DNA of 64,000 nucleotides from a virus: IMG/VR virus record IMGVR_UViG_3300045988_181101; one strand, written 5' to 3'. Both the position numbers and the translations under genes were made by a program. Shown here one piece after another: positions 36,101-44,855 of the stretch. Position 1 is the stretch's first letter, and each line of letters opens with the position of its first letter. The notes beneath the pieces are model-generated. The model was not told where the DNA came from and made no database searches. It worked only from the letters and a program-made list of their open reading frames with translations.

Positions 36101-36424
36101 TTACCAACCTATATTAAATTGTGCAGTCGTTCCGTCTCTATATACCGTTTCCACTAAATAAGGAATAGGTAAACCAAGATTAGCAGTAATTTCTGCTTTA
36201 GAGATCGTATAATCTTCTCTACCACCAACAAGTCTTACTTTAATTGTACCTTCAGTAAGAGGTATAACATAGAAGTAATTGGGTCTATCCTCTTCTCCAA
36301 GAAAAGTTGTATCAAGATTGTCTACTATCATACCAATAGAGAATGCTCTTGAGATAGTCATAGATGAAACTGTTCCATTTTGATTGACTATCGCTGTTCT
36401 ATTATAACTTATATTTTTATTCAT
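36101..36424 (-). CDS. hypothetical protein (fibre module)
   Basis: 107-aa ORF. Confidence 0.65.
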   Translation of the reverse strand: MNKNISYNRTAIVNQNGTVSSMTISRAFSIGMIVDNLDTTFLGEEDRPNYFYVIPLTEGTIKVRLVGGREDYTISKAEITANLGLPIPYLVETVYRDGTTAQFNIGW

Positions 36425-36427
36425 ATC

Positions 36428-37585
36428 TTAAAAATTAACAATTGATTGATTTCCTAAATTTGAATATGGTCTTAAAATATATTGATCAGAAAGTAAATAA
36501 CAGTTCGTTTCTAAAGCAACAGATACATCATAATATAATGTACTCGACATATCAATTTCAACAGCTAAATAACCTTCGTTAGAATTTGACGTATAAAGTA
36601 CGCTGGGGAATATTGATGTATTAGTATGTTGAAGTACTTTAACATGAAGGTTATTTTCTATTACACAAAAGTAGAAAGTTAAAAAAGTCGCATTTGAATT
36701 TGATATCCTCTGAGTGATTGTAACCATACCTGAACAAGTATTTTCACTTGCGTTTAAAGGACATCTAAGAATATTATAATAATTTCTACTGCTAATAGAT
36801 AAAGATCCTCTAACTCTATTTCTTTGATAGGTCGTTGATTCGTTGTTTGTACAAGATAAAGTGTTGTTTGTACATTGAATCACAAGTCTTCGTACTACTA
36901 AAATATTCTGATCATCTTCAAATGGAGATGAAGATGACATATTTAAAACCCAGTTTGTATTATCAGTATAAACACTTTTTATATTCCAAACTATAGTTCT
37001 GTCATTTTGATCTCCTCTTGAAACAAAAATAGCAGTAGTATCTTTAGCTCTAATAGCGATATCAGAAACGCTGTCTACATACTGTCCAAGAGCATTAAGA
37101 ATATCCTGATGAGAAGAAGACATTGTTATATTTACTATACTTTTATCAAGATAATAAATATTTGCCAAAGTATAAGATAATAAATTATTCGTAAGACTCA
37201 TCGAACCAGCAGAAAGAGTAAAAACTTTCTTTCTACTTACATTATTAATATACTGAGGATTAGGTAAGTTAATGATAGTTAAAGTGTAATTATTCGCATC
37301 TTCATCTACAGTAGCACTAAAATTAAAGCAAGATCTTGCTACTGTAAGAGAATTATTAGTAGACGATCCAAAATAAGGTGGAATACCTTTTGATACCTTT
37401 TTACATATATTTTTAAATGCTTCTTCTCCACCAAATGCACTAAGAATATCTGACGAAGAAGCTCCTGTTTTTAGAGAAGAAACAGCATCAGGTATCAAAA
37501 CCATTCCTCCTACTTCATTATTAAGAACTCGACCAATAGATTCGTCTATCTCAGGTCCAGTATATAAACTATTATAATCGGCCAT
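36428..37585 (-). CDS. tail fibre-like protein candidate
   Basis: 385 aa. The N-terminal YTGPEIDESIGRV resembles fibre N-termini, and the protein is Ser/Asn/Thr-rich and beta-like. Confidence 0.4.
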   Translation of the reverse strand: MADYNSLYTGPEIDESIGRVLNNEVGGMVLIPDAVSSLKTGASSSDILSAFGGEEAFKNICKKVSKGIPPYFGSSTNNSLTVARSCFNFSATVDEDANNYTLTIINLPNPQYINNVSRKKVFTLSAGSMSLTNNLLSYTLANIYYLDKSIVNITMSSSHQDILNALGQYVDSVSDIAIRAKDTTAIFVSRGDQNDRTIVWNIKSVYTDNTNWVLNMSSSSPFEDDQNILVVRRLVIQCTNNTLSCTNNESTTYQRNRVRGSLSISSRNYYNILRCPLNASENTCSGMVTITQRISNSNATFLTFYFCVIENNLHVKVLQHTNTSIFPSVLYTSNSNEGYLAVEIDMSSTLYYDVSVALETNCYLLSDQYILRPYSNLGNQSIVNF

Positions 37586-37615
37586 ATTATATTAATTTTG
37601 TGAATATTCTGAACG

Positions 37616-37624
37616 TAAAGATAA
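37616..37624 (-). promoter_or_regulatory. -7-like box TTATCTTTA upstream of fibre genes
   Basis: TATCTTTAC lies about 30 nt upstream of the ATG at 37585. No clean TTG is present at -33. It is adjacent to an 18-bp tandem duplication. Confidence 0.3.
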
Positions 37625-37656
37625 GAAACATATTTAATATAAGAAACATATTTAAT
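37621..37656. repeat. perfect tandem duplication 2 x 18 bp (ATAAGAAACATATTTAAT)
   Basis: Read directly from the sequence. Confidence 0.9.
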
Positions 37657-37815
37657 AAAAAACCGGATAATCTTTCTCAAGATCACCCGGTCAAACAACT
37701 TTTTATATAAAGATTCAAATCACAGAATGTTAAAAACGACAGAAACAATCATTCCGTAAAAAGAAAGTAACAATGACGTTGTAAATTTACAATGATATTT
37801 TCATTTAAACAACTC

Positions 37816-38398
37816 TTATCTTATTTTCATATTAGATACAGGTCGAACCCAATTGTAATTGCCCTGAACGTCGCCGCTCCAATAACCATTGCACCAACAG
37901 AGAACAAAATTGCGTTTGTTTCCTTTTCTCGTAGAACACCAATACCAGTCATCTTTCACTGGTTGTTTTCCGCAGATAGCTAAGGCTGCATTCAGCATAA
38001 CCTTATGTTCATACCCTAAGACACTCTCTTGTAGTGTAGGAATGCGCCAACTTAATCCACATAAGTCCAATGCTATGACTTTCTCAGCAATTTCGCTTCC
38101 GGATGCAGCCAATGCTTTGGTATTGCCTATTCCATCGGTATCCTTCATGCCTTCTTCTGTGGTTGGATATATCTTTCCTGTTTGCTCTTTCTCCCAATCA
38201 AGAAGAATATGGGTATCATTATCCATATCTTCCGGATAGAAGAATAAAGCATTGCCATCATGGATAATAACTACACATTGTGCCTGTTCGTTTTCTTCAT
38301 GCAGTCCCCAAAATTTAGGTTCTACAAAATTCTTATTGACGGTAAAGATGAATACACCATTACCTACATTTTCTTTTGTGTAAATTCCTTTTTTTCAT
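37816..38398 (-). pseudogene. DUF1566-like protein gene interrupted at an A7 tract right after its ATG
   Basis: WRIPTLQES...WYWCSTR...NYNWVRPVS follows the DUF1566 pattern. The frame is open for 57 codons upstream of the track start, up to ATGAAAAAAAGG at 38387-38398. Removing one A gives MKKGIYTKENVGNG... in frame. Confidence 0.6.
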
Positions 38399-38403
38399 AA
38401 TAG

Positions 38404-38805
38404 TTATATAAGTTTTAATGCTTCTTGTATCCCGGCTTCCAGTGCTTCCTCGTAGGTGACATATACTTTATAGCCATTCCCTTTGTTTATTTCGTTCTCC
38501 ATCCAGTCGCTTTCTTCTGTTGGAACATTGAAATCACAAAAAGAAAGCTTCCATCTTTTTCCAATAACAGGTTCTACATATACATACACACCTCTTATTT
38601 TACGCAGCCACTTTTGGGCGATATACAATGTTGGACACAAAAATTCAACAGGTTCGTCATCTATTTCCGTACAACACGACATACTTTGCGGAAGGTTATA
38701 TTTTGTAATAACCTTATTACGGTCTATTAGGTGTTCACACTTCCAATCAAATCCTTTCTCCTTCAGCAACTTCGCTGTTTCTAATGTTACGAGTTCTTCG
38801 GTCAT
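38404..38805 (-). CDS. hypothetical protein (higher-GC island)
   Basis: 133-aa ORF. Confidence 0.7.
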   Translation of the reverse strand: MTEELVTLETAKLLKEKGFDWKCEHLIDRNKVITKYNLPQSMSCCTEIDDEPVEFLCPTLYIAQKWLRKIRGVYVYVEPVIGKRWKLSFCDFNVPTEESDWMENEINKGNGYKVYVTYEEALEAGIQEALKLI

Positions 38806-38807
38806 AA

Positions 38808-39278
38808 TTAACTTTTATTAAAGTGTTCAATCAATTCGTTTACGGTAGCCTTGTGATAACGTCCTGAAATAATAGTTTCATGATTCCAATTTTCATTCCA
38901 AAAGAACATAATGCCTTTGGGTTCTGTGAAATAATGATCGTTGCCAATAGAATCATCATAAGAAACGCTAAGGAGCGAATCTGTTATAAACCACTGATTC
39001 TTATTTGTATCATCTCTCAATGCAGAGATAGCTAAGAAAAGTTCTTCGTTGGTTCCGCAATCAATTCTTCCAGCACAATTCCAAGTTCTATGTGGGTCTA
39101 CTGAATCAAACATCTCATTTGTGATGATTGTGTATTTAGCATACACATTATTTGCTGTTGTTGCTAAACACAACTTATCGTTATTAGATATTGTTCTTGA
39201 TTTGTACCCTAATTTTTCCAACTTCTTCCTTAATTCCGGTGTGTTTTTACGTATGAAACATGGTGTTGTAAATCCCAT
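38808..39278 (-). CDS. hypothetical protein (higher-GC island)
   Basis: 156-aa ORF. Confidence 0.7.
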   Translation of the reverse strand: MGFTTPCFIRKNTPELRKKLEKLGYKSRTISNNDKLCLATTANNVYAKYTIITNEMFDSVDPHRTWNCAGRIDCGTNEELFLAISALRDDTNKNQWFITDSLLSVSYDDSIGNDHYFTEPKGIMFFWNENWNHETIISGRYHKATVNELIEHFNKS

Positions 39279-39280
39279 AG

Positions 39281-39490
39281 TTATTCCTTCTTATCTATCT
39301 TAATATCCGTTACTTCTCCACGATTAATAAAACGTTCATCAGAGTTATAATATCCAGCAATTACTTTACACAAGGGACGATCCATTCTACATTGTTCTTG
39401 TAGACTACAATTGTCACATGGTGAACTATTCTGCATTAATACTAATTCATGCAGCACCCCATCTATTATTATTCCGTTCTTTACTTCCAT
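39281..39490 (-). CDS. small Cys-containing hypothetical protein (higher-GC island)
   Basis: 69-aa ORF with SPCDNCSLQEQC. Confidence 0.6.
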   Translation of the reverse strand: MEVKNGIIIDGVLHELVLMQNSSPCDNCSLQEQCRMDRPLCKVIAGYYNSDERFINRGEVTDIKIDKKE

Positions 39491-39492
39491 GA

Positions 39493-39801
39493 TTATTCTT
39501 CTTTCTCTTTAATCCGTTCCAGTACATCCTTGTTGGCTTCGAGTATTTCATCGAAAGAGGAGATGGGCATCCAGTGGGTAACACCACCATCATAAGCAGA
39601 TAAATCTTGTCCTGTATAAAATTTACCTCCACAGTAAAACAGAACACGATATTTATAACGTCTGCCTGCAACAAACACCCATCCGCTATCTTCCGGCAAC
39701 CGTTCTTCTACTCTTATCCAAGGCGACTTAACCTTAGCATACTCCACATCCGTAGATTCCTTTTGAAGATGCCCGTCTGCTGTTTTTGTTGTATGTTTCA
39801 T
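39493..39801 (-). CDS. DUF551-like protein
   Basis: WIRVEERLPEDSGWVFV...GGVTHWMPI follows the DUF551 pattern. Confidence 0.6.
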   Translation of the reverse strand: MKHTTKTADGHLQKESTDVEYAKVKSPWIRVEERLPEDSGWVFVAGRRYKYRVLFYCGGKFYTGQDLSAYDGGVTHWMPISSFDEILEANKDVLERIKEKEE

Positions 39802-40200
39802 AGTAATATTTTATTTATTCTATTAACAGCCTTATCAAATTCTTTATTAAATTCATTTATATTAATTTCCTCACCAAGAGTATGAACGTATGTATAATAG
39901 TGGGGATTAATTTTAAATACTCCGTCCTTATCGGTTTGGAATGTCACCACTATGCAGCTTGATAAGACTTTATCGTTTTTCATTCCACCCATGTATATAT
40001 CGTTTGGGGTTATAGATATAATTTTATAATACGAATACCAATAGTCCGACGGTTTCTTGGGGCAACTATATGAATCTCTACGCTTGAAACATTTCCCAAT
40101 AAGTGATGCAAATTTGGGATATTCTGCTTCTATCAAACTCTGCCGTTCTTGCTTTTCAATTTCGGCTAATTGTTTTTTTTAATTCTTCTTTCTTGTTCAT
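39798..40200 (-). pseudogene. hypothetical protein gene interrupted at an A8 tract near its 5' end
   Basis: From the ATG at 40198-40200 the frame reads MNKKEELKKTISRN and then stops. The long downstream frame (track start is a TTG at 40136) opens exactly at the A8 tract (40173-40180). Removing one A gives MNKKEELKKQLAEIEKQERQSLIEAEYPKF... Confidence 0.55.
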
Positions 40201-40209
40201 ATTTTCCTG

Positions 40210-40377
40210 TTACATGTTATTTAATTTTTCCTCAAACTCAGCAATGATACAATCCACATCATCGCCATGTACCCAATTCTCCAATACGGAAGAGAGAATT
40301 TCGATTGCCTTTCTAGATGTTTCGTCAACTGCCATATTGATCGCTTGATTCACTTCCTCTAACGTAAACATACTCAT
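40210..40377 (-). CDS. small acidic hypothetical protein (55 aa)
   Basis: Hand-translated MSMFTLEEVNQAINMAVDETSRKAIEILSS... It falls below the track cutoff. Confidence 0.4.
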   Translation of the reverse strand: MSMFTLEEVNQAINMAVDETSRKAIEILSSVLENWVHGDDVDCIIAEFEEKLNNM

Positions 40378-40379
40378 AA

Positions 40380-40535
40380 TTATTCCTCCTTCTTTTTAAG
40401 GCTTATATCAATTGACAACCTATCGACAATTTCCTCTAAATTGTCCTTATCATCTAATTCAGATAATGCTTGTTTAAACTCTTTGAGTTTCTTAATGTCT
40501 TCAGTGTTTAATATAGGTTTCATAATCTTTATCAT
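40380..40535 (-). CDS. small hypothetical protein
   Basis: MIKIMKPILNTEDIKKLKEF... The start is set at ATG 40533-40535. The longer track ORF reads through the promoter cassette. Confidence 0.55.
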   Translation of the reverse strand: MIKIMKPILNTEDIKKLKEFKQALSELDDKDNLEEIVDRLSIDISLKKKEE

Positions 40536-40603
40536 TTTTAGTTGTCCTTTTCTTTTGATATTGTAAAGATACGACTTATTTTGGAGATAACAAACGTTTA
40601 TCT
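40519..40603 (-). promoter_or_regulatory. conserved promoter/stem-loop cassette, copy B
   Basis: It shares the leader with copy A and the promoter-proximal variant (TGTAAAGATACGAC on plus) with copy C. Confidence 0.65.
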
Positions 40604-40800
40604 TTAAAAATTCTTTTCTTTTCTGTATTAAAATCGTCTGTATGTCCAACAATCTTTTGTGATAAAATAGTTAATCCACTTTTATCTTTTCGAAATACAG
40701 TTTCTACAGTAACATCATCTTTATGTCCGAAATCAATAGATACGATTGCATCTCCGTATTTTTCAATGAAAACATCCTTATCGTTTTTCATCTTCTTCAT
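40576..40800 (-). CDS. hypothetical protein
   Basis: 74-aa ORF whose 3' end runs into cassette copy B. Confidence 0.55.
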   Translation of the reverse strand: MKKMKNDKDVFIEKYGDAIVSIDFGHKDDVTVETVFRKDKSGLTILSQKIVGHTDDFNTEKKRIFKDKRLLSPK

Positions 40801-40930
40801 TGTCTTTAATAAATTCTACCTCATTAAAACTAAGTTCTCTTACTTCTTCATTCTCTTCATCAATAATGATTCGAGAAAAGTCCTTTACTTCAATTATTTG
40901 ACCCGTTGCTTTGATTTTGATTTTTAACAT
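40778..40930 (-). CDS. small acidic hypothetical protein (50 aa)
   Basis: Hand-translated MLKIKIKATGQIIEVKDFSRIIIDEENEEV... It overlaps both neighbours. Confidence 0.25.
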   Translation of the reverse strand: MLKIKIKATGQIIEVKDFSRIIIDEENEEVRELSFNEVEFIKDNEEDEKR

Positions 40931-41411
40931 AACATTCGATTTTTAAATTAGATTCTTTTCTTCTTCTAAGCATTGCGACACAACCTTTATAAGATCCATA
41001 ATGGATCATTTTGCCAGTATTGGTATCTATTACACAAAAAAGATTTTGATCTTTCTCTCCTATGATAATCATAGAGTCAAAATAGGTGTTTTCTTTCGTT
41101 ATACGATAGCGTAATTTAACTCTATCTCCTATATTAGGACAAGACTTTTTAGATCTAAAAAAATCTGTATTTAACGAGAAGAGTTGAGATCTATTAAGAT
41201 ACTTGAACTCAGGATTATCTTTAAGTTCTTGTGAGTCTATACGATATCTTGGAGGTAGATTTTCTTTTTGAAATTTACTAACCACAACTCCTTCCCAAAT
41301 GTGCCAGTCAATCTTTCGATTTTTCTTAATCACTTTTTGCATTTTAAGAACCGTTCTTCTTCGAAGTTCCTGTTTTAGTTCTTCGATAGTGTAATCACTT
41401 AACTCTTTCAT
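40890..41411 (-). CDS. hypothetical protein
   Basis: 173-aa ORF. Confidence 0.7.
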   Translation of the reverse strand: MKELSDYTIEELKQELRRRTVLKMQKVIKKNRKIDWHIWEGVVVSKFQKENLPPRYRIDSQELKDNPEFKYLNRSQLFSLNTDFFRSKKSCPNIGDRVKLRYRITKENTYFDSMIIIGEKDQNLFCVIDTNTGKMIHYGSYKGCVAMLRRRKESNLKIECYVKNQNQSNGSNN

Positions 41412-41414
41412 AAC

Positions 41415-41615
41415 TTATTTGATTTTATATACTCCTCTTGAATAACGTTCAATTCTTCCTAAAGCAACTTGTTTAGACAAGAAATCGTCAACTATACTTC
41501 TTGACCATCTTGGATGGAGATTGAATTCATTTTCTATTTTACCAATCAATACTGTACGTCTTATTGTACTACCTTTTTCACTAAGAAATGATGATAGAAA
41601 TTCTTTTTTATTCAT
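41415..41615 (-). CDS. hypothetical protein
   Basis: The start is set at MNKKEFLSSF (ATG 41613-41615), which removes the overlap with the upstream gene. Confidence 0.6.
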   Translation of the reverse strand: MNKKEFLSSFLSEKGSTIRRTVLIGKIENEFNLHPRWSRSIVDDFLSKQVALGRIERYSRGVYKIK

Positions 41616-41622
41616 ATTTATT

Positions 41623-41901
41623 CTAATTATCAAAATCTTCTTCAAATGACTTCATCTCTTTCTCAATAATCTTTTTGAATTGTTGAGCATCTTCAAATCT
41701 TTCTTGTTTGACTGCTAATTCTAAAGATCCATTTAGAAGAGCAATATATTTAAGACGTGTACGTCTATCAATTTCTGTAGTTGAAAACGCTATTTGACTG
41801 TTAAATAGTGCAATATCTTTGATAAAGAAATATATTTTAAACAATATAAAACAACTCACACCAATTAAAATAATAACGATTATTAATAATATGTTTACCA
41901 T
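41623..41901 (-). CDS. small membrane protein (one N-terminal TM)
   Basis: MVNILLIIVIILIGVSCFILFKIYFFI... Confidence 0.65.
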   Translation of the reverse strand: MVNILLIIVIILIGVSCFILFKIYFFIKDIALFNSQIAFSTTEIDRRTRLKYIALLNGSLELAVKQERFEDAQQFKKIIEKEMKSFEEDFDN

Positions 41902-42083
41902 TATATCTCTACTCTTATATAATTACTAAAATCACAATACAAATACTTACACCAACCTCCTAACTTGTATTTATCGTTTACATATCTACAACAAGAAGTC
42001 CATTTATCTTTACGAATGATTTCATATACAATATTTTTATGAATAAAAATGTCTCCTTCTTTCAATTTAAATATCTCAATCAT
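41901..42083 (-). CDS. hypothetical protein
   Basis: 60-aa ORF that abuts its neighbours. Confidence 0.55.
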   Translation of the reverse strand: MIEIFKLKEGDIFIHKNIVYEIIRKDKWTSCCRYVNDKYKLGGWCKYLYCDFSNYIRVEI

Positions 42084-42265
42084 CTAAATGTATAATTAAT
42101 CAAATCGCTTATCCAAGTTAGAAATTGAATTGCCATAAAAAATATTACTACACTAAGAATAGCAATTATACTGTACCAAAACTTAACCCAAATCTCTCTA
42201 TATTTTGCTTTCAAGACTTTCTTACCAAAACGTCCATGAATAAAGTTTTCAATTTTCGTCATCAT
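42080..42265 (-). CDS. small membrane protein
   Basis: The start is set at MMTKIENF (ATG 42263-42265), 5 nt after the upstream stop. It has a C-terminal TM helix, WYSIIAILSVVIFFMAIQFL. Confidence 0.55.
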   Translation of the reverse strand: MMTKIENFIHGRFGKKVLKAKYREIWVKFWYSIIAILSVVIFFMAIQFLTWISDLINYTFR

Positions 42266-42269
42266 AGCA

Positions 42270-42836
42270 TTATTTTCTTTTGCGTTGATCATTAATTTTA
42301 TTTTCTCCCCAAAGTTTCCATACTCTATGTACATTAGTATAAGAACAACCAATGATCTTACTAATCTTATAATGTGACCAAGTAGGATGATCTTTCATCA
42401 TTTGAAGAATATTTCTTGATTGTTCACCTTTAGGTGCATCAATAGTAGTTTTATAGACTGTCTTATTCTTTTTCTTAGATGAAAGTTTTACAAGTGAAAT
42501 AATGTTTAAGAATCGATCTACACTTGCAACAATAAATCCAAATTCATTAGCATTTATTGATTTAAATGCTTTGTCTAAAGCTTCTTTATCTTTGTAATGC
42601 AATTCGAATTCACCATTATTCTTCTGTAGAATAGAAGTAGGATTTTCATTGAGAAACGATTCAAGAGCTTCTTTATTAGTAGAAAGATTCTTCAGGTCTT
42701 CAAGATCCTTTCTCTCACACTCTTTTTCTTCAACGAGCTTTATAAGCTCATCTTTCTTGTATTGCTTAACATTCTTAATGCCAAGTTCACTTGCTCTCTT
42801 TCTTAAAACTTCTACTGTTACATTCATCTTTTCCAT
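42270..42836 (-). CDS. DNA-binding protein candidate (Rho_N/SAP-like N-terminus, C-terminal HTH)
   Basis: VEVLRKRASELGIKNVKQYKKDELIKLV at the N-terminus and SHYKISKIIGCSYTNVHRVWK at the C-terminus. Confidence 0.5.
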   Translation of the reverse strand: MEKMNVTVEVLRKRASELGIKNVKQYKKDELIKLVEEKECERKDLEDLKNLSTNKEALESFLNENPTSILQKNNGEFELHYKDKEALDKAFKSINANEFGFIVASVDRFLNIISLVKLSSKKKNKTVYKTTIDAPKGEQSRNILQMMKDHPTWSHYKISKIIGCSYTNVHRVWKLWGENKINDQRKRK

Positions 42837-42872
42837 AATTAGTTCGTTTTTAATTATTTTTCTTTCAATGCT

Positions 42873-42881
42873 TAAAGATAC
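42873..42881 (-). promoter_or_regulatory. -7 box GTATCTTTA with TTG 21 nt upstream
   Basis: The minus strand reads GTGTTG-N21-TATCTTTAAG upstream of 42836. Confidence 0.5.
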
Positions 42882-42926
42882 TATTTTGTTATGTCCTATG
42901 CAACACTTTTCGAAGAATAATCTTAA

Positions 42927-43244
42927 TTATTTATTAGGTGTTGCAGTACAATTACCACAACCAACTATTTCACTATAGTCTCCTTTGATAACACGTATCA
43001 TAGCTTCGAAAATATAACGTACTTCGTTATAATCAGAAAAACCAAATTGAATGTATTTACAACGAAATATTTTAGCTTTCGTATTCTTTATATAGCCCAA
43101 ATAATAACCATTTAAATTACCCATATTTGAAGCTCTATCTATAATAACTTCGAAATTATTACCTTCGTGTTCTACAATAGCATACCAAGAATCATTTTCA
43201 TACTTAGTTCTTGCTTTTTCAAATCTATGACTTATTATTTTCAT
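42927..43244 (-). CDS. hypothetical protein
   Basis: 105-aa ORF. Confidence 0.65.
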   Translation of the reverse strand: MKIISHRFEKARTKYENDSWYAIVEHEGNNFEVIIDRASNMGNLNGYYLGYIKNTKAKIFRCKYIQFGFSDYNEVRYIFEAMIRVIKGDYSEIVGCGNCTATPNK

Positions 43245-43249
43245 AACTG

Positions 43250-43570
43250 TTATTTTGTAAGATACTTCATATCTTTATCATTATGGTACCAATCTGTTTC
43301 TATAGGATACTTAGGATCAAACCTATATACTAAAGTTAAATTAGTTCCTTTGTTACTAAGAGGACTTTCAGAAGTTGATTTTGTAATATTGTCAACTTCT
43401 ACAGAATGAAGATTGATATTGCGTCCATATAATTCAAGTTTAGAAACTAAATTAATGATATCTTCAATCTTGCGACATGTATATTCACAGACTCTTATCC
43501 CATCTTGAAATTTTGTAATTTGAGAGATTTTCTTTTCTGCATCAAATAACTTTTTTGACATAGTTTTCAT
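43250..43570 (-). CDS. hypothetical protein
   Basis: 106-aa ORF. Confidence 0.65.
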   Translation of the reverse strand: MKTMSKKLFDAEKKISQITKFQDGIRVCEYTCRKIEDIINLVSKLELYGRNINLHSVEVDNITKSTSESPLSNKGTNLTLVYRFDPKYPIETDWYHNDKDMKYLTK

Positions 43571-43596
43571 TCGTTTATTAATAGATGAATAATATT

Positions 43597-43869
43597 TTAA
43601 ATAGCTAATTTAGTCTTTGCTTTCAAATCATATTTATCCCAGATTTCCTCAGCGTGAGATTTAACACAATCTACAACAGTTCTATGGTCTGTTAAATTCA
43701 TATTAAGGACTTTATTACCTTCCTCACAATACAATATTAAAGTAGTACCATTAATAGTACCAATTTGTTCTCCTTGAAAATAGATTGCTGAAATAACTCC
43801 ACTTCCTGCAACTCGTTCAAGTCTACGAGGTTTATAGACTATTTTAGATGTGAATTTAATCTTTTTCAT
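43597..43869 (-). CDS. hypothetical protein
   Basis: 90-aa ORF. Confidence 0.65.
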   Translation of the reverse strand: MKKIKFTSKIVYKPRRLERVAGSGVISAIYFQGEQIGTINGTTLILYCEEGNKVLNMNLTDHRTVVDCVKSHAEEIWDKYDLKAKTKLAI

Positions 43870-44111
43870 AGCTTCTCAAGTATATTAAGAATTTCTTTTT
43901 GTTTGGTCTTACTAAGTTTACTCCAACTCAAATCTACTTTGAAATTATCTGAAACTAACGATACCGTAGCAGGACCATTTTTTATAGGATTGTAGAGTAT
44001 CTTATCTGCCTCGAGTGTATTAGTAGGAAGGTTAATAAGACCAACAGCAATACCTTTTCTCATTCTCTTTTCTACTTCGATTAGAATTGGTGTAATTTCT
44101 TTTGATGTCAT
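43866..44111 (-). CDS. hypothetical protein
   Basis: 81-aa ORF with a 4-nt overlap with the downstream gene. Confidence 0.65.
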   Translation of the reverse strand: MTSKEITPILIEVEKRMRKGIAVGLINLPTNTLEADKILYNPIKNGPATVSLVSDNFKVDLSWSKLSKTKQKEILNILEKL

Positions 44112-44132
44112 AATTCTATCATCTTTTTATAA

Positions 44133-44372
44133 TTAAAATTCTACAAAGATCAGTCTTTTCTTCCTACCTGCCTCGCACACCCACATGTGATTTGAGCCAA
44201 AACCGTAATCGAAATAAGTATTGAAATCAGGATATTTTTCCTGTATATTCTTCATATTTCTACGAAGTTCAATTTCATCAGTGCTTCTCATAATTACATT
44301 AAGAATTACAACATAAGTTATAGTAGCAAGATTGTCCATGTTTAAAAATTCTGATTCGACTATTGTTTTCAT
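44133..44372 (-). CDS. hypothetical protein
   Basis: 79-aa ORF preceded by a promoter box at 44412-44420. Confidence 0.65.
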   Translation of the reverse strand: MKTIVESEFLNMDNLATITYVVILNVIMRSTDEIELRRNMKNIQEKYPDFNTYFDYGFGSNHMWVCEAGRKKRLIFVEF

Positions 44373-44411
44373 ATCTTTATTGTTTTAGTTATCGTTCCTT
44401 TTTCTTATGCC

Positions 44412-44420
44412 TAAAGATAC
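44412..44420 (-). promoter_or_regulatory. -7 box GTATCTTTA with TTG 20 nt upstream
   Basis: The minus strand reads CTGTTG-N20-TATCTTTAG. Confidence 0.5.
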
Positions 44421-44488
44421 GCCTTCTTTATGGACCACGCAACAGATACCATGTTTTTATCTCCATTATTAAGACTTATTAATAAAAT

Positions 44489-44537
44489 AGCCAGCAAACT
44501 CAGTCCTTATGCTAAAAAGACTGTAAGTTTGCTGGCT
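44489..44537 (-). terminator. terminator-like hairpin
   Basis: 12-bp stem AGCCAGCAAACT/AGTTTGCTGGCT with a large loop, followed by ATTTTATT on the minus strand. It lies downstream of the stop at 44613. Confidence 0.45.
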
Positions 44538-44612
44538 CAGCATGAAAGAAAACTAAAACAATAAATCGAACAATTAAAGAACGCCCTTTCTTAAAGATTA
44601 GAGAACGATTCG

Positions 44613-44855
44613 TTACTCAATACATTCTTCCACTGGAACATTATTGATAGACTTCATTGTCCATTTACCATCTTGAACAATCCATTCTGTAGAGGTGATC
44701 TTTCGACCTGCAACGAGTTCTTCATCTAATCCTCTTTTTAACCATGTATGAGATTCAACTCTTGTTGTCCATTTTATACCATCAGTAAAAAGTTCGACAC
44801 GTGGAAGTTGCATTTCATTGACTCTTTTAAACTCTTCAAACGCTTTATTTGTCAT
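44613..44855 (-). CDS. hypothetical protein
   Basis: The start is set at MTNKAFEEF (ATG 44853-44855). Confidence 0.6.
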   Translation of the reverse strand: MTNKAFEEFKRVNEMQLPRVELFTDGIKWTTRVESHTWLKRGLDEELVAGRKITSTEWIVQDGKWTMKSINNVPVEECIE

